Shown: in pieces, positions 16,727-27,954 of the stretch | Layout of the letters: each line of letters opens with the position of its first letter | How positions within the stretch are numbered: position 1 is the first letter of the stretch | NCBI GenBank assembly: GCA_010909165.1 | Contig: MU008158.1 | Span: forward strand, 2,815,478-2,879,477 | DNA length: 64,000 nt | Direction of reading: 5' to 3' | DNA from: Anthoceros angustus | Taxonomy: Eukaryota > Plantae > Anthocerotophyta | The notes under the pieces: model-generated | What the model was told of the DNA's origin: nothing | Database searches by the model: none | What the model saw: the letters and a program-made list of their open reading frames with translations, nothing else | Program-made: the position numbers and the translations under genes

Positions 16727-17912
16727 AGCTCTGTTGCCAGATGCAGGGCCCGGGAGCGCAATTCGCACAGGGGGGAGGGGACTCGGAAGTTCGTTGGTTC
16801 AGTCTTTTAAGAACGCATTGAGCCACATCTTCTTCTCCTCTCCCCAGGCTGAAGGGCATTTGAGCAACGTTTTGCGTTGTGGCCACAAAAGCCTCCCATC
16901 CTAGCCGATCGCACGTTTATGTGGCTCAGCAAGTGTCCACCTGCTTAGGTGATCGGTTCGGGGAAGCAAGTACAGGTACATACGCAAGTCCCATTAAATA
17001 TATATTTTCCCGTTATTGTGCACTGTACATACCGACATATCCTACCACACAAAGCGTAAACGTCATGGAGAGATTATACACATGTAGCCGCCACGTGCTC
17101 CGGAATGCGCCTGCGATCTGGTCTTGGCACGCTCGGCCACCCGCCATGGCGCACATGCTCCATTCCCTCTGCCTTGCCACAAACATGTTCGTGAACGTTG
17201 TCCGCAACGTAAGGTGCTTCGGGAAAGTACGGCACCAATGCTGTGAGTGGCCGGCGGGCTGAACTTGAATCTGGTCTAGTAGGATCCCTTTTCACGCTCT
17301 TGAAGGGCGTCACACGTTACCCCGCGGCCTCCTTCTCGGAAAGGCCCGCTCAGAACGAGCCCCGTTGGGCGTTTTTCGGTTATAAAATATTTCAAAATAT
17401 ACATAGCAATCCCTCACCAGGATTTTGAGAGAGGGCACTAATTGATGGGCCTCACACACAGCAAGACACTAGAGACTGCACAGACGAGGGCATCATGTTT
17501 ATATCAGGTGGTAGGGCCATGACCCTGGGAGATGGGTAACACCGCATACCACATATGCTCGGAGATGAATGGCACCCCATCCAAGCACCGATCCGTCCTT
17601 TATATGTTTAACTATAGAGTTCCAACTAACTCATGTGTGGTGTCAAACAAACAGCATAACGTGGAGTAAACACAGGCGGAATCTATGCGTAAGGTAGGGA
17701 GAACACAACCAGCATAATGCAGGGTAAACACAACCAGAATCTCTATAATGCATAGAGCAAGTACGTATAGTTAGAATATACAAAATATAGGATAAATATA
17801 GGATATAGTTAGAATCCGCCAAGCACACTATGTGTGAACTTGCTAGATTGAGTCAACTAGCTCTTGCAATCGCAACAACGTGGAGGCGCTGCCTAACTGT
17901 GACTGGGAGGCG

Positions 17913-18139
17913 TGTTGGAGCCATAGCGCTACGGAGGGAAGCTTCGTTCCCGTTCAGTCATTAATGTTAGGGCACGTTTCGTGCGTGCGTAGAAGAATGT
18001 TTTAGTTGCCGGCGTGATTCCGTTCGTTACCTTTCACACTTATGATATCAGTTACAACCGCATCGAGACACTATAATGCAGACGTTCGGACTTAATCAAT
18101 CACTCTCATCGCTCACCTTCGCATCTTGCACCCGCTTTA
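17913..18139 (+). repeat. 5' LTR (227 bp, TG...TA)
   Basis: Direct repeat of 25421-25648, followed immediately by the PBS. Confidence 0.92.
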
Positions 18140-18151
18140 TGGTATCGAGCC
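18140..18151 (+). promoter_or_regulatory. Primer-binding site for initiator tRNA-Met
   Basis: tggtatcgagcc versus canonical TGGTATCAGAGC(C), one base missing. Confidence 0.85.
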
Positions 18152-18691
18152 GAAGGGCCAAGCGCCGTTCGGCATCGCCACGCCACGCGCTGGTGTCCTG
18201 AGCTTCCCAATGGCGGTGCGGAAGAACGGCAATCGGCAAGAAGATCCTAAAACTGCAAGATGCCTAAGCGTACCCGGCTTCTTCCTCTCCATGGGTAGGC
18301 GCCTCCCGTCGGCGGTCATTTGCGGGGCGCATCAAAGAGATGAGGCGCACCTTCAACATTAGGCCTCGTCACGCATCGCCCATCGAACCGACCACACGGG
18401 ACTTCATTCTCTTCCACCACGCTCTCCCGCGATGTTTTGCTAACCGCATGTCTGCAGATTCGGCGCTTCGGAGATTCCACCAAGCCAACTTTGTTCTCTA
18501 CTAGAGTCATCACCATCAAGATCTCGAACCAAATCACGAATTGAACTCACAAATCGAGTCACTTCACCGCATTAGAAAATTTATCTCGGCATTAGATACT
18601 AGTGCCAATAGCTCACCTCATGCGTAGCAGCTATATATGCTCGCCTTTGATCCCTTAACAACCACAAAGAAATACTAAGAAGCAAACAATC

Positions 18692-21600
18692 ATGGGAGCA
18701 GTTGTGAACACCACCAAAATCGAATTAGTGGCCGGTTTAGCGGAATCGATTTGTGATGTGGAAGATGAGAGTCACCGCTCGCTCAAGAGCATGACCTGAT
18801 GGAGATTGTCGACGGCACACTCCCCGTGCCTGGACCCAACACCAACCCTGTTGGAACATCCGACTTAATTGCGGCATGGAACAAGAGAGACAAGCGCGCA
18901 CGCAATCTCCTCATATCTGCACTTGATAAAAGTATGCTTCAGCACACACAGAGTACCAAAGACGCTCACGGCATCTGGAAGATATTTAACGATATGTTCC
19001 AAGCCCAAGACTCCATGTCACTAGTGAGCGCCACGAGATTGTTTTACCAGCTCGGGATGAAGGACACGGAGAGTGTTGAGCAAAGACGTCGGCAATTTCC
19101 AAGCGGCAAGAAGAGCGCGACTAGCCGCCCGGCACCACGATCACGGAACACCAAGCTGTAATACTTCCGACATCCCCGCCGCATCTTACGGGACTTTCGT
19201 CGGCTCGAATTCCATCATCGGACAATCGGCAAAAGCATTGCGGTGGAGGTGCCAAGCGGACACGTTCTCCGAAATCGTTGGAGCTTTACTTGAGGAGGAA
19301 TCGAGCCGTGGCTCCAATTCAAGCGGCCAAGGTAGCACCAATCACGCACTCTTCACTTCGAGGCCGAGGCGGTCGAAGAGGCAGAGGACGCGTAATTTTC
19401 AAACCGCCGCTCTTACGACTCACAATGCATGCACCGGAGGCTACAACAAAAACAATCGAATGGTCGAAAAGGACCAGCAAAGGACCACCTGGCGGATCCG
19501 GGCCATTTCGAGTACGAATGCAGGAAGAAACAATCAGGAGAACCTCGCCGTGACTCACCCGAAGCAGTCGAACACTAATGACTCCCAAGCCCCCACCAGT
19601 AATTCAATCTTAGTCTGCTTGATGTCGACCAGATCGACGATTGTCGATGGTTCCTGGATTCGAGCAACTACTCACATTTGCGGAGGCGAGGATATGTTCA
19701 CATCCTATCATAATGTCCTCTTGACCGGCATGTCACCTTGGTGACGACTCACTCCTGTCCAAAGCCGGTGAAGTTGCATTGAGACTCTCTAATGGCGAAT
19801 CCCTCATCATCAATGGAGTGCTTCACGTACACCGCAATGACCAAGAACACGCTATCGGTGAGGAAATTGGCCACGAGCACGACCTCATAATTACTTTTCA
19901 AGGCAACCACCGCACAATTCATGATTCAAGGATAAACATCGATCGCACTTGCACACGGCCTACCTTACAACGACCAGATCTGAACATACGGTCTTCTTCA
20001 TCACTTGTCGCCGATACCATCATCGATTTCTCACGGAACACCTGCTATGGCATTGCAAGGCGGGCCATATAAATCCAGCGTTATTTGGAAGCCTTTGCCA
20101 ACCACCTTGTACAAGGATCCGGTCAACATTAAATCCGGTAAGGATTTCTTACGTGAGATCTGCAAGTACTCCAAGTTGACCCAACTCCTTTTAAAGATCC
20201 TTCACCAACAAGAGCTCGACGACTGAGATCAGACACTCCGACATCTGCAATGAGCACACAGTTTGGGGCCACTCTTACTTCCTTACTTTTATGGAATGAA
20301 TGGGCAGTACTCCACATTTATTTCTTGCGCCACAAGGATGAGGCCCTCACAGTTCCAAGAGTTTGTGTTAGCGAGCGACAAAGCGGTTTTCAAGTGCACT
20401 CTCCGCGGCGACAATGGTGGAGAATACACAAGTGCGACTTTTAATGAGTTCTGCCGATCCAAAGGGATCCTCCGCCAACTTCATGCCATACACTCCTTCT
20501 CGAACCCCTATGCGAGCGACTCAATAGATCACTTCTTGAGATTTCTCGCTCCATTAAGCTCTCCGCCTCTCTCGAGGCTCTTGGGCAGTACTCCAAGTTG
20601 ACCAACTACCTTAAAAGCAGGCTTCCTACTAAAGAGCTGCCAGCACTACACCTTTTGAACTGGATGTAACAAACCTAGAATCTCCCATCTTCGCATCTTG
20701 GTAGTCCCGCTTTTGCCCATATACGGATGCCACCCGTAAGAAATGGGACGACAAAAGTCGCAAGCTTCTCTTCATTGGCTACTCGGATCAAGTAAAAGCC
20801 TACCGTCTCATCAACCCACTACTAGAGGTAATCCTTTCCGCAGTTGTTCATTTCCATGAATCCCATGTCCTCAACACCTATCTTACCTCCTGTCTACCTC
20901 TCTTCCCCACCGGTATCTCGGCCTCCTACCTTGACTAATTTTCCCTTGCCCTTGAGGGGCCACATCTCACTCTGAAGAAGAAGAAGGCGATATGCAAGCT
21001 CAAGAGGAAACTCGGCTCATTCACCCGTTCTGGCCCTACTCAAGCACCTCTGTTCTGGATTCGAGCAACTACTCACATTTGCGGAGGCGAGGATATGTTC
21101 ACATCCTATCATAATGTCCTCTTGACCGGCATGTCACCTTGGTGACGACTCACTCCTGTCACCGTGAAGTTGCATTGAGACTCTCTAATGGCGAATCCCT
21201 CATCATCAATGGAGTGCTTCACGACTGCAATGACCAAGAACCGCTATCGGTGAGGAAATTGGCCACGAGCACGACCTCATAATTACTTTTCAAGGCAACC
21301 ACTGCACAATTCATGATTCGAAGGATAAACATCGCACTTGCACACGGCCTACCTTACAACGACCAGATCTGAACATACGGTCTTCTTCATCACTTGTCGC
21401 CGATACCATCATCGATTTCTCACAAGAACACCGCTATGGCATTGCAAGGCGGGCCATATAAATCCAGCGTTATTTGGAAGCCTTTGCCAACCCCGCCTTG
21501 TACAAGGATCCAACAACATTAAATCCGGTAAGGATTTCTTCCGTGAGATCTGCAAGTACTCCAAGTTGACCCAACTCCTTTTAAAGATCCTTCACCAACA

Positions 21601-24600
21601 AGAGCTCGACGACTTGAGACTCAGACACTCCGACATCTCGCGCCCAATGAGCACACAGTTTGGGGCCACTCTTACTTCCTTACTTTTATGGACGAATGGA
21701 GCAGTACTCCACATTTATTTCTTGCGCCACAAGGATGAGGCCCTCACCGGTTCCAAGAGTTTGTGTTAGCGAGCGACAAACTGGTTTTCAAGTCTGCACT
21801 CTCCGCGGCGACAATGGTGGAGAATACACAAGTGCGACTTTTAATGAGTTCTGCCGATCCAAAGGGATCCTCCGCCAACTTCATGCCATACACTCCTTCT
21901 CGAACCCCTATGCGAGCGACTCAATAGATCACTTCTTGAGATTTCTCGCTCCATTAAGCTCTCCGCCTCTCTCGAGGCTCTTGGGCAGTACTCCAAGTTG
22001 ACCAACTACCTTAAAAGCAGGCTTCCTACTAAAGAGCTGCCAGCACTACACCTTTTGAACTGGATGTAACAAACCTAGAATCTCCCATCTTCGCATCTTG
22101 GTAGTCCCGCTTTGCCCATATACGGATGCCACCCGTAAGAAATGGGACGACAAAAGTCGCAAGCTTCTCTTCATTGGCTACTCGGATCAAGTAAAAGCCT
22201 ACCGTCTCATCAACCCGGCTACTAGAGGTAATCCTTTCCGCAGTTGTTCATTTCCATGAATCCCATGTCCTCAACACCTATCTTACCTCCTGTCTACCTC
22301 TCTTCCCCACCGGTATCTACGGCCTCCTACCTTGACTAATTTTCCCTTGCCCTTGAGGGGCCACATCTCACTCTGAAGAAGAAGAAGGCGATATGCAAGC
22401 TCAAGAGGAAACTCGGCTCATTCACCCGTTCTGGCCCTACTCAAGCACCTCTGTTATCTGGATATACCATATACGGATATACCACATATACCAACTATTC
22501 CATATCCAAGCCCCACCACTATCCCAGCTCGGTATTACCACCGAGACCTCGAGGTGCATCCTTCCACAACCAGCAGGATAATGAGGTACATCCACGAACG
22601 AACCACCACCTCTTAGGCGATCTACTCGCCATAGACCACCTAGCCATCAATGGAGACATCCACCCCTTGTCCCTAGAGACTCCTTTTCTGCCAAGAGCCT
22701 ATTCCACCTCTGAAGCACTAGTTCCCGCTCAAGCCCGGCTGACAATAATCTTGACCAGTGCATTGCATCAAGCCACATCGACTTGAGATTTCGCCCATTC
22801 GAAGCTCTCCGCCTCTCGAGGCTCGGGTCAAGCAAGAGCTACCAACTACCTTAAAAGCAGGCTTCCTACTAAAGAGCTGCCAGCACTACACCTTTTGAAC
22901 GGATGTAACAAACCTAGAATCTCCCATCTTCGCATCTTGGTAGTCCCGCTTTGCCCATATACCGATGCCACCAGAAGAAATGGGACGACAAAAGTCGCAA
23001 GCTTCTCTTCATTGGCTACTCGATCAAGTAAAAGCCTACCGTCTAATCAACCCACTACTAGAGAGGTAATCCTTTCCGCAGTTGTTCATTTCCATGAATC
23101 CCATGTCCTCAACACCTATCTTACCTCCTGTCTACCTCTCTTCCCCACCCAGATCTCCGGCCTCCTACCTTCACTAATTTTCCCTTGCCCTTGAGGGGCC
23201 ACATCTCACTACGAAGAAGAAGAAGACGATATGCAAGCTCAAGAGGAAACTCAGCTCATTCACCCCGTTCCTGGCCCAGCTACTCAAGCACCTCCTGTTA
23301 TACCGGATATACCAGCTATACCAGATATACCACATATACCAGCTATTCCAGCTATCCAAGCCCCACCAGCTATCCCAGCAGCTCAGGTATTACCACCAGA
23401 CGACCTCGAGGTGCATCCTTCTGTCCACAACCAGCAGGATAATGAGGTACACATCCCTGAACCTGAACCACCACCTCTTAGGCGATCTACTCGCCATAGA
23501 CCACCTAGCCATCAATGGAGACATCCACCCCTTGTCCCTAGAGACTCCTTTTCTCGCCAAGAGCCTATTCCACCTCTGAAGCACTAGTTCCGCTCAAGCC
23601 CGACAATAATGTCGACCCAAGATGATTGCATTGCATCAAGCCCTCACAAGAATTGAGATGCAGGATGTACACCGCAAGCATAGAAGAAGCCCTTAGCATA
23701 CAGATGGAAGGCTTAGTTCAATCGAATATGACTCCTAATTGCCAACAAAACTTGGAAACTTATCGACCTCCCTGGCAAGCCGTTTCCTGCAAATGGACCT
23801 TGAAGGAAACTCAACTCGATGGGACTGTTTCAGATACAAGTCTAGACTGGTAGCCCGAGGTTTCACCAGTGCAGTTTCACTATGAAGAAAGCAGTTGTTT
23901 AGTCCGTTGTCAAGGCAACTTCGATAAGGATACTACTAGCTTTTGTCGCTCACCACCACCACCGTATATACACCGGTGAGCGTAAAGCTTTTCTTTACGG
24001 AACCCTACATGAGGACATCTACATGTTACCACTGTGGTTTGTTAAAGACAAGGTGTGTAAATTGCTCAAATCCATCTATGGATTAAAGCAATCGGCACAA
24101 GTGTGGAATGAGACGGTGGCGATACGAAGAAGTGTGGCTTTGCCCTCTCATCTCGACACCGTGTTTACATCACGAGAACCAACAATGATTTGCAATTGTC
24201 ACCTTATATGAGCGATAATTTCATTTTCGGCAACGAAGTAATACAATATGTGAAAGATCCATTATCAAGGAGTCTGACGTTGTTGACATGGGACCTCTAC
24301 GCTATGCTCTCGAATGCAGTTTGAATTCAAGGAAGAAGATCACACCTTTTCATCCACCAAGAGCATTATGTCATACAACTCTGGAAAGGTTCAACTCAAG
24401 GACGCCAAGCCGGTTTCCACGCCAATTGCCTCTGGAGAAAAGGTATCAGCTGAGGACAGTCCCAGCACTCCTGAAGAAGTGCAGGAGATGAGGAGCATCC
24501 CCTACAGTGAGGCTGTCGGAAGTTTACTTTATCTATCGATCTGGACAAGGCCGGACATATCACAAGCAGTGAATATAGTGTCCAGATATCTCTCTAATCC

Positions 24601-25123
24601 GGGGAAGGCGCACTGGACCTGCGTCAAGAGGATTCTCCGTTATTTGAAAAAGACAAAATCATACGGGCTGCTATATAGTGCTGACCACTCATCCAAGCTT
24701 ATTCTTACCTCCTTTCGGATGCAGTTAGGCGACCCGGCGGAGATCAAGCTGCCCCTCATGATTATCAGCGGTACCTCGTGGGCTGCAAGAAGATGCGGAC
24801 CATTTGCACTTCATCCAGGCGGTATGCGGCCGACCTTAGCGACCAAGGAGATACTTTGGATTCGTCAATTCCTACAAGACATTCATGAGAAGCGGGATGA
24901 GGCAACTCGGTGTATTGCGACAACCAACAAGAATAGCTATGACACACAATCCGATTTTGCGAGGACCAAGCACGTGGACATTCGGCATCATTTTATCCGG
25001 CAAGTGGTGGCGAACAATCAAATCTCATTATGCTACATAAGTACAAGCGACAACACCGCAGACCACGACAAAGGGACTTCCCAAGGCACTTCACGACAAG
25101 CATGTCGAAGGTATCGGTGGTGA
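18692..25123 (+). pseudogene. Copia gag-pol, fragmented by many frameshifts and internal duplications
   Basis: Gag (WNKRDKRARNLLISAL), integrase (LRGDNGGEYTSATFNEFCRSKGI), RT (VCKLLKSIYGLKQSAQVWN; PYSEAVGSLLYLSIWTRPDIS), RNase H (RTKHVDIRHHFIRQ). Confidence 0.9.
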
Positions 25124-25410
25124 ATAGAAAGCGTGTCGGGCATCGGTGATCGGAAGAAGGGAGCCCCTAGTCACTTGACACCACAAAGACGAACTCCTTG
25201 TTCCAGTATTTCGATCCATTGCTCACAACTTCGACTTTTCACCACTCCGTTCTTGTGTACTCCTTTTGCTTGAGACTTTCAATCGCTTATAATCACCTTT
25301 CGGATTATGTGACTGCAAGTTTGGAGACCACGGAGATTGGAGTACGCTGCTGAAGGCCAAGTTGAGACCACGGTGGCGATGAGGCAATCGGATGCAAGTG
25401 GCGAATCGCG

Positions 25411-25420
25411 GCGAGGGGAG
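25411..25420 (+). promoter_or_regulatory. Polypurine tract
   Basis: gcgaggggag directly precedes the 3' LTR. Confidence 0.8.
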
Positions 25421-25648
25421 TGTTGGAGCCATGGCGCTACGGAGGAAGCTTCGTTCCCGTTCGATCATTAATGTTAGACGCGTTTCGTGCGTGCGTAGAA
25501 GAATGTTTTAGTTGCGGGCCGGTTCGTTCGTTACCTTTCACACTTATGATGTCAGCGGTTACAACCGCACTGAGACACTATAAGTACAGACGTTCAGACT
25601 TAATCAATCACTCTCATCGCTCACCTTTCGCATCTTGCACCCGCTTTA
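25421..25648 (+). repeat. 3' LTR (228 bp, TG...TA)
   Basis: Direct repeat of the 5' LTR, followed by TSD AGGCG. Confidence 0.92.
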
Positions 25649-26389
25649 AGGCGGTGGGTGGAATTTGCTCCCAAAGCAAGGAATGTAATTGATGAAGTTC
25701 TACAACTGCCGTGTGAATTGAGGAAGGCCCCAAGAGACCTCCCCTAGGCCTGCTTACTCCCCATCCCACGAGGCCAAGACCTCCACTTCTTTAAGAGCAA
25801 GAGAATGGAGTTTGTCCACCACCACCTCCTGAACAGCAGGGAGGCTGGGGAGCGACGGGTCTATCCCCATGCTGACGATATGGTCAATCTCCTCAATGAG
25901 GATAGAGACATCCTTGAGGGATGACCAACATGCTAAGAAGAAGGCCCTCAGGAGGGTTACAGCCGAAACAAAAGCTTTCACATTTAATTCCTAACCCCCC
26001 ACGTGTACAACCCCTTTTCCATCTCAGAGTTAATGGCGGGGGACTCCCGACACAACATGAAAGCTTGGACGGGGAAAGGAGCAATAGACTTCAAAGTAGG
26101 AGATATCGAAGTAGAAGCCAACACGTTCGCCTTCACCAAATCAGGCCCATTTGCTTGTAGATTTTTCTCTTCACCTCTCGGAAGACCTGGCGGAGATAAA
26201 TTTTGGAGATTCGTGTGTGATATGAATCTAGGGGTATGGTGGCAGCTGTCTTCTCTAGCGCTGTGGATGCAGTCCCATCTCAGGCACATATGGGTGCAGT
26301 CTTCTCAGGCGCAGAGGGAGGGAATAAGAAGGAACTTTCCTGTTCTCACTACCCTTGTCCTCTATGTCCTCCCGCATTCCCATCCCCAT

Positions 26390-26910
26390 GCGTACTATAG
26401 TATGAGGATGTATCCTTAGTGAACACTGGCCCCTCCTCTACTCGATAATTGCCTTTCTAAAACTTTATATAGATTATTGAGATTGACAATCTCGCATGGA
26501 AATCCGGAGGAAAAGGCAAGTTGGTAAGGTGAAGGTGAAGTAGTAGTCGAAACCCTGTCCGCCGAAGTCTCATCTCCAACTTGTTCTATGTATTGTTCTA
26601 TACATTCTTCGGCATCCCCATCCCCATCCCCATCCCCATGTGTACTACTAGGATGTATCCTTAGTTCACTGGCCCCTCCTCTACTCGATAATTGCATTTC
26701 TAAAGTGTAGACTATCAAGGTTGGCAATCTCGTATCGAAATCCGGGGGAAAAGGAAGGTTGGCAAGGTAAAGGTGAAGTTGTAGTCAAAACCCTCTCCAT
26801 CTCCGGGAGAAAAGGGAGGTTGGCAAGGTGAAGGTGAAGTTGTAGTCGAAACCCTCTCCGCCGAAGTCTCGATCTCCAACTTGTTCTACGTATTGTTCTA
26901 TACATTCTTC
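26390..26910. repeat. Imperfect ~250-bp tandem duplication with an internal ~60-bp sub-duplication and (CCCCAT)n
   Basis: ggatgtatccttagt..cactggcccctcctctactcgataattgc at ~26406 and ~26651; tctccaacttgttcta..tattgttctatacattcttcg at ~26573 and ~26873. Confidence 0.8.
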
Positions 26911-27029
26911 GACTTGTTCCAAATTTTAAAATTCCGGTGCGCTGTAACATTGACAACATTCCGGATCCCTCGCGGGCAAATGGGCAAAGGACAACATCCT
27001 TTCGGATCTCAGATACAGAGCACTTGATG

Positions 27030-27217
27030 ACAGGACACTTGATGCTTATGCATACAAGAAGAGGGGAGTGGGTTTGTCAGGAATTATATGGGTATTCGGC
27101 AGTATTCTGGCCACTGAATAGTATTATGGATATTTCACCAGAATACTGCTGAATACCCACAATTCCAGACAAATCCACTCCCCCGTCGCTGAATGCATAA
27201 GCATCAAAGTGTCCTGT
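27030..27217 (+). ncRNA. Long imperfect foldback; candidate MIR precursor or foldback element
   Basis: Three stacked stems: acaggacacttgatgcttatgcat/atgcataagcatcaaagtgtcctgt, ggggagtgggtttgtc/gacaaatccactcccc, tgggtattcggcagtattctgg/ccagaatactgctgaataccca; loop of about 27 nt. The inverted repeat is certain; RNA function is inferred. Confidence 0.45.
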
Positions 27218-27954
27218 ATCGGAAACGATCCCGGTGGTTTTCGCCTACCTCCTACGTGTTAAAAGTTGTAAGAGTGTTGAATAGTGAGAAAAATAAGGAA
27301 TGGTTTGAGGCATTTTTGGCGTTACCTATTTGTAAAGGGCCAAACGGGAAGGCAAAGTTTCGGGCACGCGAGAAAGGAGAGGAGACGGATTAGTGCGGGC
27401 ACGCGGCGCGACAAGAGTGGCGAGCTTTGAAAAGTTGGATGTGGGCAAGCATCTTCGACCGAGGTTGGAAATTTTTGAAAACCAAGCAGGAAAGAAGGAC
27501 TTTACTTGGATGTAGTCATGAGCGAACGGTAAAGGCCGGATTTGTTTCGAAAAGACGTCATAGTGTGTGTGCATGCTTCCGATCCACGGCTGCATCCACA
27601 CTAGGCACAAGTTAACCAGACGGTCCCTTGCTGAAACACGCAGCCAACGTGGCAGTACCTGATTACCGCGTGGAAAATCACAACGAGGCCAGGTCACCAG
27701 GGGTAACAGCAAGCGGCGGGCAGGATCTGTCACAGGCGCCTGCCTACCTCACACCTCTCTCTCTTTTTCTTCTCTCTCTTCTCCGGGGCCCTTCCCTTCC
27801 TTCTCATTCCCCATGCCTCGCCTTGCCTTGCGTTCCTTTCCTTCCACTCTCTTCTCCTGTGGTGCGCTTTCCAAGGTGGGCTCCTCTGCACCCGCGCGCC
27901 CTCCGCCTTCCCGCTCTTCCAACCCGGCTCACATGGACTGAACGATTAAACACG

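Larger units (their letters stand above)
17913..25648 (+). mobile_element. Full-length Ty1/copia LTR retrotransposon (degenerate as assembled) with 5-bp TSD AGGCG
   Basis: LTRs at 17913-18139 and 25421-25648; AGGCG at 17908-17912 and 25649-25653; PBS, PPT, and gag-PR-IN-RT-RNaseH fragments in copia order. Confidence 0.95.
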
